64,000 nt of DNA, from NCBI RefSeq assembly GCF_006345805.1, contig NC_043004.1, forward strand, positions 72,292,001-72,356,000, in the 5' to 3' direction. This document shows positions 39,682-53,171 of the stretch, piece after piece. Origin of the DNA: Octopus sinensis. Lineage: Eukaryota. Numbering within the stretch: position 1 is the stretch's first letter; each line of letters starts with the position of its first letter. The position numbers were made by a program, and so were the translations under genes. The notes under the pieces are model-generated. The model was not told the origin of the DNA. It saw only the letters and a list, made by a program, of their open reading frames with translations, and ran no database searches.

Positions 39682-40464
39682 AGTGAAGTTGTGTGAGTGT
39701 CTGTCTCCTACGATTTAGATTCCTAACTACTCCCACATTTTGCGGTGCAGTTTAACCAAAACCGGTATCTTATAGTCGTGATTCATATCGAGCCCTTCTG
39801 GTATGAGCGCGCGTCTATGATGAGTCTACGATTTAAAAAAAAATTTACCATCATTTTTTCCATTTTAATGCATTTTTTCGCTATTATATAAGGGAAGTAA
39901 CTCTCTAAAAATGTCTACGATGAGTCAACGATTTAAAAAAAAATTACCATCATTTTTTATTCCATTTTTAATGCATTTTTTTGCTATTTTTTTGCTATAA
40001 CTCTCTAAAATGCTTATATAGTTATTTCCCTTACAAATCCGAGCAACGCCGGGCGATACTGCTAGTATATATATAAAAGTGAAGTTGTGTGAGTGTCTGT
40101 CTCCTACGATTTAGATTCCTAGCTACTCCCACATTTTGCGGTGCAGTTTAACCAAAACCGGGTATCTTATAGTCGTGATTCATATCGAGCCCTTCTGGGT
40201 ATTAGCGCGCGTCTACGATGAGTCTACGATTTAAAAAAATATTTACCATCATTTTTTCCATTTTAATGCATTTTTTCGCTATTATATAAGGGAAGTAACT
40301 CTCTAAAAAGTCTACGATGAGTCAACGATTTAAAAAAAAATTACCGTCATTTTTTATTCCATTTTTAAAGCATTTTTTTTGCTATTTTTTTGCTATAACT
40401 CTCTAAAAATGCTTATATAGTTATTTCCCTTACAAACCCGAGCAACGCTGGGCGATACTGCTAG
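39670..40464 (+). mobile_element. Two tandem copies of a ~400-bp non-autonomous Helitron-type element
   Basis: Each unit ends GCAACGC(C/T)GGGCGATACTG-CTAG-T (CTAG at 40062-40065 and 40461-40464). The copies are head-to-tail and slightly diverged. Confidence 0.8.
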
Positions 40465-40769
40465 TATATATATAAATACATATCTATATATATATATGTA
40501 AAAACAATTAAGATCCAAGTGAATTCCAATGAATTCAAATGAATATGGTACTTAACTTAGATGCACCAGAATTCATTTATGGTATTAACCATAAAATAAT
40601 GTGGGGTGATTATAACCAAGAATAAAAGCAACAAGAATGGATTAGTAGTTTAGTACAAGGGATGTCTTTAGGGGAAAACTCTAAACTACTAAACTACTAA
40701 TCCATTCTTGTTGCTTTTTTTCTTGGTTATATATATATGTATGTATATATATATTATATGTATATTATA

Positions 40770-40825
<56 letters not shown>

Positions 40826-40838
40826 CGTATCTATATAT

Positions 40839-40886
<48 letters not shown>

Positions 40887-41762
40887 CTGTGTGTGTGTTT
40901 GTGGGGGTGGGATTTACATAAGCATACATATAATTGCAAGGTAAGAAAAAACTGGGGACCAAAAATATCGATTATGATTTCTGTCCAAATGAACGAACGC
41001 CGTACTGTTTCCACAATGCTACTTGTTTATTGATATGGAGAAGAAAGACCTTCGATTAATTACTTTCGATTGAATTCGCTTTAATGTACGTAGTTAAATG
41101 ATGGCCCACTCATCAGCACGGGGGCGTATGTCCTTCGGCGTATATGTCTGTGCAAGTGCATGCGTGTGTGTGTGTGAGTGTTTGAGTGTGTATGTGTTTG
41201 TGTGCGCGTGCGTATATTTTCTCTCCGTTTTCGTTTTTTTGTTTTGTTCTTTTGTTTGGCTTTATTTAATAACTCAATTACAACGGGATTTACACGATAA
41301 AACATCGCTTGAGCGTGTAAAATGCTTTTCATACAACAGCTTCTTAGGAGAAAGTAAACATACGAATATACGAGTCAATGATCAACGATTCTCAATTATC
41401 CAAGCGTTAATTTATGTCTCACATTCACCAACCGGATGTTACAGTTGCACAAGTCTCCGTTTATTTTTACAAGATCCATCGATCAGCTTATTTCTCTTAC
41501 TGCTGAAAGAATAGTCTCCAGTTTCTTGTTCGAACCTGTCTCGTGTCTTCAGTTGAAGAGTTTCTTTCATTCCCACCATTTTATTCATATTCACCGGTAA
41601 ATTTATCAATTACACTCCGTGGTATATCTATCGTTATAGTTCATAAGGGGCGGGATAACAAGGATGTGTGTACATTAGTGTTGTTATTAGTGTGTATGAG
41701 TTTGTGGGTGTTCATATGGATATGTGTGTATGTGTGAGCGTGTGTATATGTATATGTGCTTA

Positions 41763-42140
41763 TGGTGGAGGTGAAATGGCTCAGTAGTTAGGGCAGTGGA
41801 CTCACGGTCGTAGGATCGCGGTTTCGATTCCCAGACCGGACGTTGTGAGTGTTTATTGAGCGGAAACACTTAAAGTTCCACAAGGTTCCGGCAGTGGGGG
41901 GTGAACCCTGCTGTACTCTTTCACACAATTTTCTCTCACTCTTTCTTCCTGTTTCTACTGTACCTATATTTCAAAGAGCCAGCCTTGTTACACCTTGTGT
42001 CACGCTGAATCTCCCCGAGAACTACGTTAAGGGTATATGTGTCCGTGGAGTGGACAGCTATTTGCACGTTAATTTCACGAGCGGGCTGTTCCGTTGATCG
42101 GATCAACTGGGACCCTCGTCGTCCTAACCGACGGAGTTCC
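41763..42140 (+). mobile_element. tRNA-derived SINE
   Basis: TGGCTCAGTAGTTAGGGC..GGTTTCGATTCCC head. Same family as 57972-58250. Confidence 0.75.
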
Positions 42141-43424
42141 ACGACGACGTGCCTTTGAGTGTGGGGAGGCCTCAATGTGGGTATGTAAGTATGTGTGTGT
42201 ATTAGAGTGTGGAGGCAACTATTTGGGTGGGTGTGTTGTTGTGCGAGTGTATTTATATGAGTGTGTATGGAGGCGTGTGTAAATATGTGTAAATAATGTG
42301 TATGAGTGTGAGTGTATGAAGGTGAGTGTATGTGAAAGAAATTAAGTTAAAAATACAAGTTAAAAAATAAAAACATGAGAAAACAAAGGAATATAGAAAT
42401 AAAAATAAAAATTGAAAATAATATAAAATATAAATGAAAAAGATTATATAAATAAATCAGTAACAGAAAATAAATAAAACAAATAAGTAATTAAAAAATA
42501 ATATAGAATATTTTTTAAACGTTGTGTGGGGAGTTGTGTTGAATCCGAAAGGTCTTCGAGTACGTAGAGCGAAAATGTTGCGCTGTTCCAGACGGAGTCT
42601 AGATGGTAGGGCAATGCCGAAGCCGGTGAGGCCTTAAGTGGAGTGGCTCGTCAGAGAGAGAGTATTTATGATAGAGAGCGAGACAGACGGACAGACAGGC
42701 AGGTATGCAGATAAACAATTTAACTACATTAATTATATTGAACATATTAAATATAATGCTTTGGGTATCAAATACAAAATATTTATTTATGGACACACGC
42801 AAGACGAGAGAAAGGAAATGGTGGAGACTTTCAGATGATGAATTTTTAAGTATAAAAATACAGATATTTATATTAATAGATCCTACATACAGAGAGAGTA
42901 CGAACAACAGAGAAAATTAAGGGCTTGAAGAAAGGCGTTATAAATTCAACAGGTGTTTCAGGAGGCTCGGAGATCCATCATAATGTTGGTCGATGTGATT
43001 CATTTCAATATGTGACCATAATCGATACAATCAACATAGGATGAGACGAACCTCCGTCATCATGGTGGAAAAGATCTACATTTCAGATCTTAATGAAGAG
43101 AAGTTCAAAGATGGAATGATTAAATGTGAAGAGATAGTTGTATTAGATGGTGGAATGGGAATGTCGGTGGGTTATGTGGGTATGAAGACAGGGAATGGTG
43201 AGAGGAGAAAAGATAGTTCAGGAAGAGTGAGGGGTTAATAATGAGGGTACTAATGGAGGTGATAGTAGAGGTGGAGATTAGGGAGATGAAGAGGAGAAGT
43301 AGAAAATATTGCATTTGAATTGTAGTAAGTTATGTGATATTTGTTTTTAGGGGCCAAAGTTTAGGGATAATAGCAATAGAATCATTCGAAATTGAGATGT
43401 GAATGAATAAAGGAACAGGAATTA

Positions 43425-44010
43425 CACTGGTCAACAAAATGAAACCTTTCTTAATCATCAGAGTTGCTGACTGACTTTTCTTAGTTAATTTTTGATTCTG
43501 ATTACGAATCTGAAGTCTGATTTCCTCTATCAGGTCACATTTTCATGTTAATGATACCTGCTGTTTTAACTTATAGGATACGTAAAGCATGTCTATATAA
43601 AGTATATTGGATACAAGATACGATAGTTTCATGGCTTTTTATTGTACAAAATTAAATTTATTGTGTACAAATAAGTTAGGATACACTCAAATGCATAACA
43701 ACTTAAAATCTTTGGGATTTGGACTTTCTATTGTGTTTTGTCTCAGGTTCATCCCTGTACAACATCCAACAGTAGTCAGATAGCATTCCTGCATTCCAAA
43801 ATCCTTGATATCCATCGATTCAATATCTAGATGAAAGCGTTCCCCTTGCTCATCAAACACTGATTCAAGGTTCTCTGCAAAAACGTTCAGATCTGAATCG
43901 AGGAAGTGGACTTTTAGTGACATCCGGCAACCCGTTGCAGCGTAGGAGTCTAGACGACATTTCACGCCATATCTAAACTCTAGAGATCTCTTGTTGCCTA
44001 GGAAATTTTC
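43425..44010 (-). mobile_element. Second Chapaev-like transposase 3' fragment with terminal CAC
   Basis: MSLKVHFLDSDL..ENLESVFDEQGERFHLDI, clearly homologous to 2170-2390. The element end reads CACTGGTCAACAAAA. Confidence 0.75.
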
Positions 44011-44749
44011 ACAGAGTCACATACCAGTTCGATAAAAGAGACGAGAGAATAGGTAGCAGAGTTAATATATACTAGAGTCGATTTGTTCGATTAAACACTT
44101 GAAAGCAGTGCTCCAGCATGACCACTGTCCAAAGAGTGAAACATGTAAAGGACAAACAAATTAAAGACTGCTTAATGAAGTATAAGGATTGACATAAATC
44201 TTCTTCTTGAAGAAACTAAGAAAGGAAAACGCACTGAAACTTAAGTGAAATAACAAGTTCGAACAAGAAATGTCCAAGTATACACAAACTTTTCAATTAA
44301 TCTCGAGGAAATAAAAGAGTAACATTTACTTATAACTTCCGGTTGCTGAATGCAAAACAGCTAACTAACGCCTGGTTAATAGATAATCATTGCTAATTGA
44401 TTGATTACATGTGCTGAGTTGTCGGGTAACTTCGTTCTTTTGTTTTGTTTCTTTGTTTTTGTTTTTGTTTTTGTCTTTTTTAACTTTTAAGGTCTGCCAT
44501 CGGGCCGTAGACCTTCCTAGATAAGCTGTAGAATAGCATTTTGGGTGAAATTAAAGAATGCGAGGACGTGCGTTGCTGTGTTGAAGTAGCACGCCTTGTC
44601 GCCGATCAGGTCGTTTCATCTGAGTTTCCCATCCAGTGAAGGTCATCGGGCGACCGTATTTTGAGAGTATTCTATATGTTTGGTCAATTCCCTAGTAGAT
44701 TGGGACAGATTCTCGGGAATGAACTTGTTTAACTGATCCCCATGGAACT

Positions 44750-44980
44750 AAACAGGAAATTTCCCACCTCACTGAAGCGTGAAAACCATTTCTGTGCCGT
44801 TCTTTCAGTAATACCACCTTCTCCGTACACGGTACAAAATATCCCGAACGTATTTTGCACTTTTATAACCCTGTTGGAAAGCAAAGAGCTGCATATGTTG
44901 AAAATATTCGTGTCCTCGCAATTTGGCGCTTCATCGTCATATTCCTAAATATTCATATTTCAAAATGAAGCCACAAAACC
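44750..44980 (-). mobile_element. mariner N-terminal (HTH) fragment
   Basis: The reverse strand encodes FCTVYGEGGITERTAQKWFSRFSEV. Confidence 0.7.
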
Positions 44981-45459
44981 CCGAAAAACACAACAATGAG
45001 AATTAATTTCGTGTTAAATAAAATACCATAGATTGGTAATAGCCTGAGGTAGTTTTAGCATAAGTAAATAGAATCGGCAAGCTCACTCTACGTAATCAAA
45101 TCTTTGAAGTGGTTAAGAAGAGTTGATCTGGTATTTATTACTCGTAAAATACTTTTTTACTGATTATTCTAAAATTTTAACTTCATAATGATTCTATAAT
45201 CACCTAATTCACACCCTCCCTGTAATTTCTCTCCTGAGTTTTCAATAACTTTTTTGCGGTTTATTCTTTGTCAGGATTTTTGGCCGTTTCATTCAGCGAT
45301 TTTTTACTACATTTTTACGTTATTTCCAATAATTATTTTGCTTACTTTCTTAAGATTTTATTCATATAACTCATAATGCATCTCTCAATACGAGTGCATT
45401 GCTAGACAAGGCGTTCCTTTAACATTGATCTTTCAATAGCCTCCCACCAAATATATTCT

Positions 45460-45838
45460 TTTCTACTCTAGGTATAAGGCCTGAAAACTTAGGGGCGGGC
45501 AGCAGATTACATCGACTCCAGTGCGCAACTGGTACTTAGCTTATCGACCTCGAAAGGATGAAAGGCAAAGTCGACCTCTGCAGAATTTGAACTCAGAACG
45601 TAGCGGCAGACGAAATACCTACTTCTTTACTACCCACAAGGGGCTAAACACAGGACAGACAAACAGATTAAGTCAATCACATCGATCCCAGTGCGTAACT
45701 GGTACTTATTTAATCGACCCCGAAAGGATGAAAGGCAAAGTCGACCTCGGCGGAATTTGAACTCAGGACTTAAAGACAGACGAAATACCGCTAAGCATTT
45801 CGCCCGGCGTGCTAACGTTTCTGCCAGCTCACCGCCTC
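45460..45838 (-). mobile_element. Two tandem SINEs (GGCGGCGAGCTGG family; one truncated)
   Basis: The core ATCGACC(T/C)CGAAAGGATGAAAGGCAAAGTCGACCTC occurs twice, at ~45543 and ~45713. Confidence 0.85.
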
Positions 45839-46772
45839 CCCACCCCCACCCCAAATATATAAAATTATGACACATCATAACCTTATGCAAATATACGTAT
45901 AAATAAGCAATTTGTGTATCATGCTTAAAGCAGATACATTTTATTGAAAGCCCATAAACTGAGGTATTCGCCTCGAGAACCCATCTCTTATAGACGTACA
46001 GTGTTAAAACAACACACATGTATATCAGAAGTAGACTAAGTATTTTTAAATAATTTGTGTTTTTAACACTATACATCTATAAGAGATGCTATCCTGATAT
46101 TAATACTGGAGTCTGGTAGGCTTCCAACGACGCACTGCTTTACGTGATTGATATTTTGAACTAATACTGTTTCTGTCGCTCACAGAAATTACAGTTTAAA
46201 AATGAAATCCATCCAGCAATTTTAATTCCTCACTGTTAATAACAAGTTGAGGTAAGCCACTACGAGATCGATATCCCTCTAATTACGCCATACAACCTTG
46301 CAAAACGATGGACATGAAGCCAAATAAGAAGGATGGTCACGATGAAATTACTGGTTCCTTCTATCAACGACCACTTTTAATGTTAGTCATGAAAATATTC
46401 GGATATCATTTTGTCCACAGCATTTTCTTTGCGCTGACCAGTGTTATTAGTGAGATTCAATACAAGGGCGTTATACATTAACGTACTGACCATTACATTT
46501 CAGATTATACATCTCCTACAAATTCACAGAATTAAAAACAAATTGATCTTACTGCAAAATTTTCCCTGGGACACCACTTGTATATTAAATTCGTATGCTC
46601 AAGTGCAGACTAACATAATGCAGTGAGCTAAAAGGGATATAATAGACTGAAATATTGAAGAGGACGAATAATACTGGAACTCGCCCTGGAATTATCACCA
46701 TGCCTGACATTAATCACACTCATGTTTTACTAAATGTTGCCGCTTAATTTTTAATAGATTTAACATTTCTGA

Positions 46773-47290
46773 AATATATTTGCCAACTAAATGTGGCGTC
46801 CTATACAGGATAGTGCTACTGTTGTTTTTAGCCCCAGGAAGACATCTCTTCCAACTGGCTAACGACACACATTCTGCGTCCGATTAGTATTTTCGAGGAA
46901 GGTCATCGCTCCCGTCTCTAGCCTTTCATGATACATACGGACACAAGTTTCTGGCTGGTTACCCCTCCTCAGCGTGTATTAATCATTGGCTAGTGATGAA
47001 AACTCATTCTTTTCAAGCGGGTCTTTGTCGCTGATCTCGTAAAAGAAAGAGATATGTCATATTAAATCTCTGAGCGAGATATAAACAGTAACAGTACGGA
47101 ATCGTAAAATATATTTGCCAACTAAATGTGGCGTCCTATACAAGACAGTGCTAATGTTGTTTTTAGCCCCAGGAAGACATCTCCTCCCGCTGGCTAACGA
47201 CACACAGTCTGTGTCCTATTAGTATTTGCGAGGAAGATCATCGCTCTCATCTCTAGCCTTATATCAAATCTCTGAGCGAGCTATAAACAG
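46773..47290. repeat. Local tandem duplication (~150-bp block, 335-bp period)
   Basis: AAATATATTTGCCAACTAAATGTGGCGTCC..CTCTAGCCTT at ~46773 and ~47108. Confidence 0.85.
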
Positions 47291-49384
47291 TAGCATTTCT
47301 GAGTTTTCTCCCTTACCTTTTTTGATTTTCGTTACCGCTGTAATGCTATTACACCCGTAATCAGAAGAAAAAAAATTTTTTTTTTTCTAATGAGAGGTAT
47401 AATTTCAATTAAATAGAAGTAATTCGTGGATATTTCATTTTTTAGGCCAATTGACAAAAATAGCCGTCAGGTTCCTTTGGAAGCCCTCATTCTCCAAATA
47501 TTACTATATTATGAGCTAATGATGGATCCTCTAAGCAGTCACTCAGTCTACCAGAAATAGCTGCCACACACTTATCTTAAATGTAGACAAGGACACTTCT
47601 CATAATATAATCTTAGGTAGACAAAAAGGCTGGATAGTATTCATGGATCAGATCATTGAGGGCTGATCTGGAACTAAACAACATAATTACGATCCTACAA
47701 GGAAGCATTACGTAATCACTCGTAGAAATAGCAACCAAAGCTCTCTCGGTTTATCGTCATCTTAAACGCATTTATATAATGTAGGCTTATACAATCCATT
47801 GCCAAGAAAAGAATGAGTGGTGATGGCGGTTATCTCTGTGGGTCTGGCATAAATTCAGCGTTAAGGAAAACATTGAAAAGACAATTAAAAGAAACTTAGC
47901 CAAATCTTCATCCTGCGATGTTTTCCTTCTTATGTGTGAGGTTAAGCGCGTGGTTTGGAGTTCAATCCTATTACACTGTACCTTGAGTAAGCGTATTCTA
48001 CTGCAGAACTGGGGTCGACCAAAGCATTGTGAGTTAATTTAGTCGACAGAAACTGTTTTGAAGCCCGTCGTATATGTGAGTATTTGTGTGTGAGAGAGAG
48101 AGAGAGTATGTGTGTGTGAGAGATAGAGAGTGTGTCTGTGTCTGTGTGTGTGCGTGTGTGTTTCTGTGTATGTGTTTATGCTTATGCCTCACCATCGAGT
48201 ATCAACCAGCGTTGGTTTGTTTACAGCGCCGTAAACAAATAAATGTTACGTTGACCATATCTGAAAAAGGGATAAAATATTGAAATTTAATACAATAAAA
48301 AATTTAGCTAATTTAATTTGCTTATTTAAATGGGATTTTGCGACATTCATGCCTTTCTCGGATACATTATCTACATAAGCCAGAATATAAAGCTAATCAC
48401 ACCTCCCTGTCATTGCTTACCTTATATCGTTAACCACACATACTCCGACTGCATTAAGAATATATTATTCATTGTAAAACGAAAGAAATCAATAAATTGA
48501 AGGTTGTTTGTATATTATAATAAGAAGTTAAAATCCTTTGTTCACTTAGTAACTATATAAATATATGTGGGGCGTTTCTACTGATATAATTGCGAGCATC
48601 TGTGTCCAGGAGTTGACTGGAAGCTAACGATACGTCGAGGTAGAACTGATCATTTTAATAGCAGTGTTTTAAGGAGAAGGAAAAACAACAGAATACATCA
48701 AATTGAAGAATATTTTTGAGAAAACTGAAATAGCCTGACAACAACTAATAGAACTAGCGGGGAAACAAACTCAAGTTGCTGGCTTTCTGCTAGAGAAGTG
48801 GCAAAAAGTGGCGTTGTAATATATTTGCCATAAGAACAGAATTTTGAAAATCTGCGTATAAGAACTTAGTTGGCTTCCCAAAACCTGTGTTCTAACTTTC
48901 GTCTAAAATTGTGAAAACAAAGAGAAAAAAAGAACAACTATAAGCCCACTTATTAAAACTGCATTAAAAACGAAATTATACGACCGAAAATACACTTCAG
49001 ATTGATCGAACTTCAATTATAACTGAAGTTTACTTGTCAAGCAACTTTATTACAATAAAGAATCTTAAAGGTAAGTTAATTAATTATATTAAGAATCGGA
49101 AGAGAAATAATAATTACATTTGTTTCTGTAATTCAGTGTTTGGAAATATTGTAACAGACTTGTGCTTTAATTGCATTAGATTTACCATTACCATTCTCAG
49201 AGAGAGAACTGCAAAATTGGTAGAACGGTCGATAAGAAATTTTACGAATATTTTGTTGCGTACCTTGACGTTCTAATTTCGATTCCGGCTTTGGCGGAGT
49301 CTCTTTTTCACTCATTTTAGCATCACAAAATAATTTTCAGTTAAGCATGGGTGTCGATATGATACACGGTTTCCTTCTTTAAAA

Positions 49385-49619
49385 GGAAGGCGGCGAGCTG
49401 GCAGAAACGTTAGCACGCCGGGCGAAATGCTTAGTGGTATTTCGTCTGCCGCTACGTTATGAGTTCAAATTCCGCCGAGGTCGACTTTGCCTTTCATCCT
49501 TTCGGGGTCGATAAATTAAGTACCAGTTACGCACTGGAGTCGATGTAATCGACTTAATACCTATGTCTGTCCTTGTTTGTCCCCTCTGTGTTTAGCCCCT
49601 TGTGGGTAATAAAGAAATA
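49385..49619 (+). mobile_element. Full-length tRNA-derived SINE with 17-bp target-site duplication
   Basis: Head GGCGGCGAGCTGGCAGAAACGTTAGC with B-box GAGTTCAAATTCC. The TSD GGTTTCCTTCTTTAAAA is at 49368-49384 and 49620-49636. Confidence 0.92.
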
Positions 49620-50354
49620 GGTTTCCTTCTTTAAAATATGTTATCAGACCTATGTTAGGAATTGTTATTATTTCCAGATTAGTCAGCGAATCACAGAAGC
49701 AGTCGATCTCTTTCAACTAAATATTATGTACAGCTTTCTTATCCGCTCGTTTGTAGACTCAATAAAAATTACTAGTACAATAAAGCCGATCCAGTCGTTT
49801 CTATCTCTTCCCTTGTGTAAGTTTGTACCTATGAGAAAATTTTTCTTTCATAGACAATGCGTGATGTGTTTGAATGTGCTGAATAGAAACACTCAACGTT
49901 AGCAATAAGAATAATTTAAAGATATTGCTAATAGTGTTAACCTTTGCAAATGGTGAGAACATATTGAAGATAGTAAAATATTTCCCATAAGAATGTAACG
50001 TACTGTCTGCATCTGAATATGAACCTATCAATGTAACAAATCTGCTCACTTTCGTTTCATGTTGCATTTTCCACACTTATTCCTTGCTGGCTTCAGGCAT
50101 CGGACTGTGGCCATACAGGAGCTCTGCCATTGTGGATTTAGTCAATCATATCAATTCAAGTGCTCCTATGTAAGACCGATATGCCTTTACAACGTCGTCT
50201 GTGCATGAAACTGCTAATCTACGGAGTATAACCATAAACACAGATACATAAATACAGACAGACATACGTATGTATTCATAGTTATGTGTGTGGGGGTGTA
50301 TTTATGCTTCTTGCAGCGGTCTTTCAGTTTTTCTAAGCCCTGTACAAGAACTCG

Positions 50355-50800
50355 GAAGATTGGGCTGACTTTACCGATGGCACGCAGGTGTCGATGAATG
50401 GTTGAATGACTAAATAGAAATTTCTTTGCTAGTTCCTCAACACTTACGATGAGATTTTGTTCCACCAGGGTTTGCAGGACGTCCTCGTCGAGCTCTACAG
50501 ATCTTCCAGGACGAAGCACTTCTAGGCTGTAGTTTCCGGTTCGTAATTTCTGGGACCACCATTGACGCTGGCTCACGCTTATTGTCCGATCCCCACATAC
50601 TGCATTAAAATTCCTCACACTTTCCGTTGCATTGTTGCTTTCATTGAACGAATAAAACAAAATATGCCTAATATGCTCCCTTGCCAGTTCCAGTATAGCT
50701 TTGAAAAAACAACTGTTAAAATCGAACTGCACTCTTCAAAACTTGCACTAAGAATAAGTACAAGGTAAAATTACTACCTGCATTTATAGCAAGTTGATGC
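50355..50800 (-). mobile_element. mariner 5' fragment
   Basis: REHIRHILFYSFN..NAVCGDRTIS..RPGRSVELDEDVLQTLVEQ..TIHRHLRAIGKVS, truncated before the DDD domain. Confidence 0.85.
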
Positions 50801-51215
50801 AGGTAATTTACCCCGTCCCCATCCATCGTATGTTATTATTCATTTAATTATAATGGACCAAGAGAGTTTACGGCTTGTCGCATACCCAATTGTATACCAA
50901 CAACTTTCTAATCCAAGTAACGTGTAATTTAGACCAGCCCCTTAGGCGCTAAATACTCACAGCGTTGTTTTTCTCTGTGTATACAACCGAAATATCCTAT
51001 CTGATACTTCGACACTCACCAACCATAGGCTGGGACCACAGAGATTACCAACCATACCTGGAGCAGGCCTTTTCAAGTACTTGATTCTATCTGAATCTTC
51101 ATCTTACTGTGTGTGTGTGTATGGAGTTAAAGCAAATAAAATCCAATTAAACTGTAGTAGTATTATTCAACGCTTTTTGTGGAGTACATATTATTCTTTA
51201 ACAAGAATAGTGTCG

Positions 51216-51433
51216 ATAGTAACTTCGAAATTTCGGTATGTTTGGCCTTTATCAGACGATGACACATTGGAGATCATCGTCGCTTTATATAGTCTCCGGT
51301 ATTTCTAATTTTTCCGAGGTATGTGGAGCTCTTTTGAATAATAATTAGGCTTTTATTATCAAATATTTAAGAGCGTAATGTGGTGCAAATGAACCGTTTT
51401 TATTGCTTCATATGTGTGGATATGTATGTGTAC

Positions 51434-51478
<45 letters not shown>

Positions 51479-51719
51479 CTCTTCTACTTGTTTTAGTCAT
51501 TTGACTGCGGCCATGCTGGAGCACCGTCTTTAGTCGAGCACGTCGACCCCGGGACTTATTCTTTGTAAGCCTAGTACTTATTCTATCGGTCTCTTTTGCA
51601 GAACCGCTTAGTTACGGGGACGTAAACACACCAGCATCGGTTGTCAAGCGATGTTGGGGGGACAAACACACACATATACATATACATATATATATATGTA
51701 TATGTATATATATATATAT

Positions 51720-51752
<33 letters not shown>

Positions 51753-52351
51753 ACGGGAAGCTTTATGAAAATAAACAAAAGACGAAGGCAGGTGGAAAAC
51801 AAACGAACAATTGTATTAGTATGGCGCTCAGGAAATATAAATAAAACAAGTCTTTAACGTTTCGAGCCTACGCTCTTCAACAGAAAGATACACAGAGAGA
51901 GAAAAACACATATGTGTGTGTTTGTCCGCCCCCCCCCCCAACATCGCTTGACAACCGATGCTGGTGTGTTTACGTCCCCGTAACTAAGCGGTTCTGCAAA
52001 AGAGACAGATAGAATAAGTATTAGGCTTACAAAGAATAAGTCGTGGGCTCGATGTGCTCGACTAAAGACGGTGCTCCAGCATGGCCGCAGTCAAATGACT
52101 AAAACAAGTAGAAGAGTATCTATCTATCTATCTGTACACATACATATCCACACATATGAAGCAATAAAAACGGTTCATTTGCACCACATTACGCTCTTAA
52201 ATATTTGATAATAAAAGCCTAATTATTATTCAAAAGAGCTCCACATACCTCGGAAAAATTAGAAATACCGGAGACTATATAAAGCGACGATGATCTCCAA
52301 TGTGTCATCGTCTGATAAAGGCCAAACATACCGAAATTTCGAAGTTACTAT
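51216..52351. repeat. Inverted duplication 1 (arms ~51216-51677 and ~51910-52351)
   Basis: The unique flank plus a SINE half is mirrored. The unique part is essentially identical and the SINE part has a few differences. Confidence 0.92.
51851..51888 (-). ncRNA. Hammerhead-like motif with CUGUUGA core
   Basis: UCUUU-CUGUUGA-A-GAGC-GUAG-GCUC-GAAA-CGUU-AAAGA: perfect helices I and II, ACGU palindrome, A6U core change. Confidence 0.65.
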
Positions 52352-52395
52352 GGACGAAGTGAATAAAATTTTAAACTTTTAAAAAATATATAAAG

Positions 52396-52526
52396 ATATT
52401 ATTATAATAGAAAATAAGTGGCCATCTAGCATAAAATAACCATGTGTGTGTGTGTGTGTCTGCCTGTGTATATGTGTGCATGTGCTTGTATGTGAGTGCG
52501 TGTTCGTCTGATTATCTATCTATCTG

Positions 52527-52563
<37 letters not shown>

Positions 52564-52735
52564 TTATCTATCTGAGAGTCTGTGTGGTAAGTAGCTTGGT
52601 TACCAGCCACATGGTTCCGGATTCAGTTCCACTGCGCGGCAACTTGGGCAAGTGTCTTCTACTATAGCCTCGGGCCAACCAAAGCCTTGTGAGTGGATTT
52701 GGTAGACGGAAACTGAAAGAAGCCTGTCATATATA

Positions 52736-52794
<59 letters not shown>

Positions 52795-52863
52795 TCATTC
52801 AATGGAACTGAATCCGGAACCATGTGGCTGGTTACCAAGCTACTTACCACACAGACTCTCAGG

Positions 52864-52951
<88 letters not shown>

Positions 52952-53082
52952 CAGATAGATAGATAATCAGACGAACACGCACTCACATACAAGCACATGC
53001 ACACATATACACAGACAGACACACACACACACACATGGTTATTTTATGCTAGATGGCCACTTATTTTCTATTATAATAATAT
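52396..53082. repeat. Inverted duplication 2 (arms 52396-52631 and 52803-53082)
   Basis: Mirrored unique sequence, microsatellites and SINE head. The right arm ends exactly at the LINE tail. Confidence 0.92.
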
Positions 53083-53171
53083 TGATTGATTGATTGATTG
53101 ATTCCAGTTTCAGCTTATGAGCTGTGGCCATGCTGGGGCACCGCCATTTGGTGTTGCTACTTGGTTTCACT

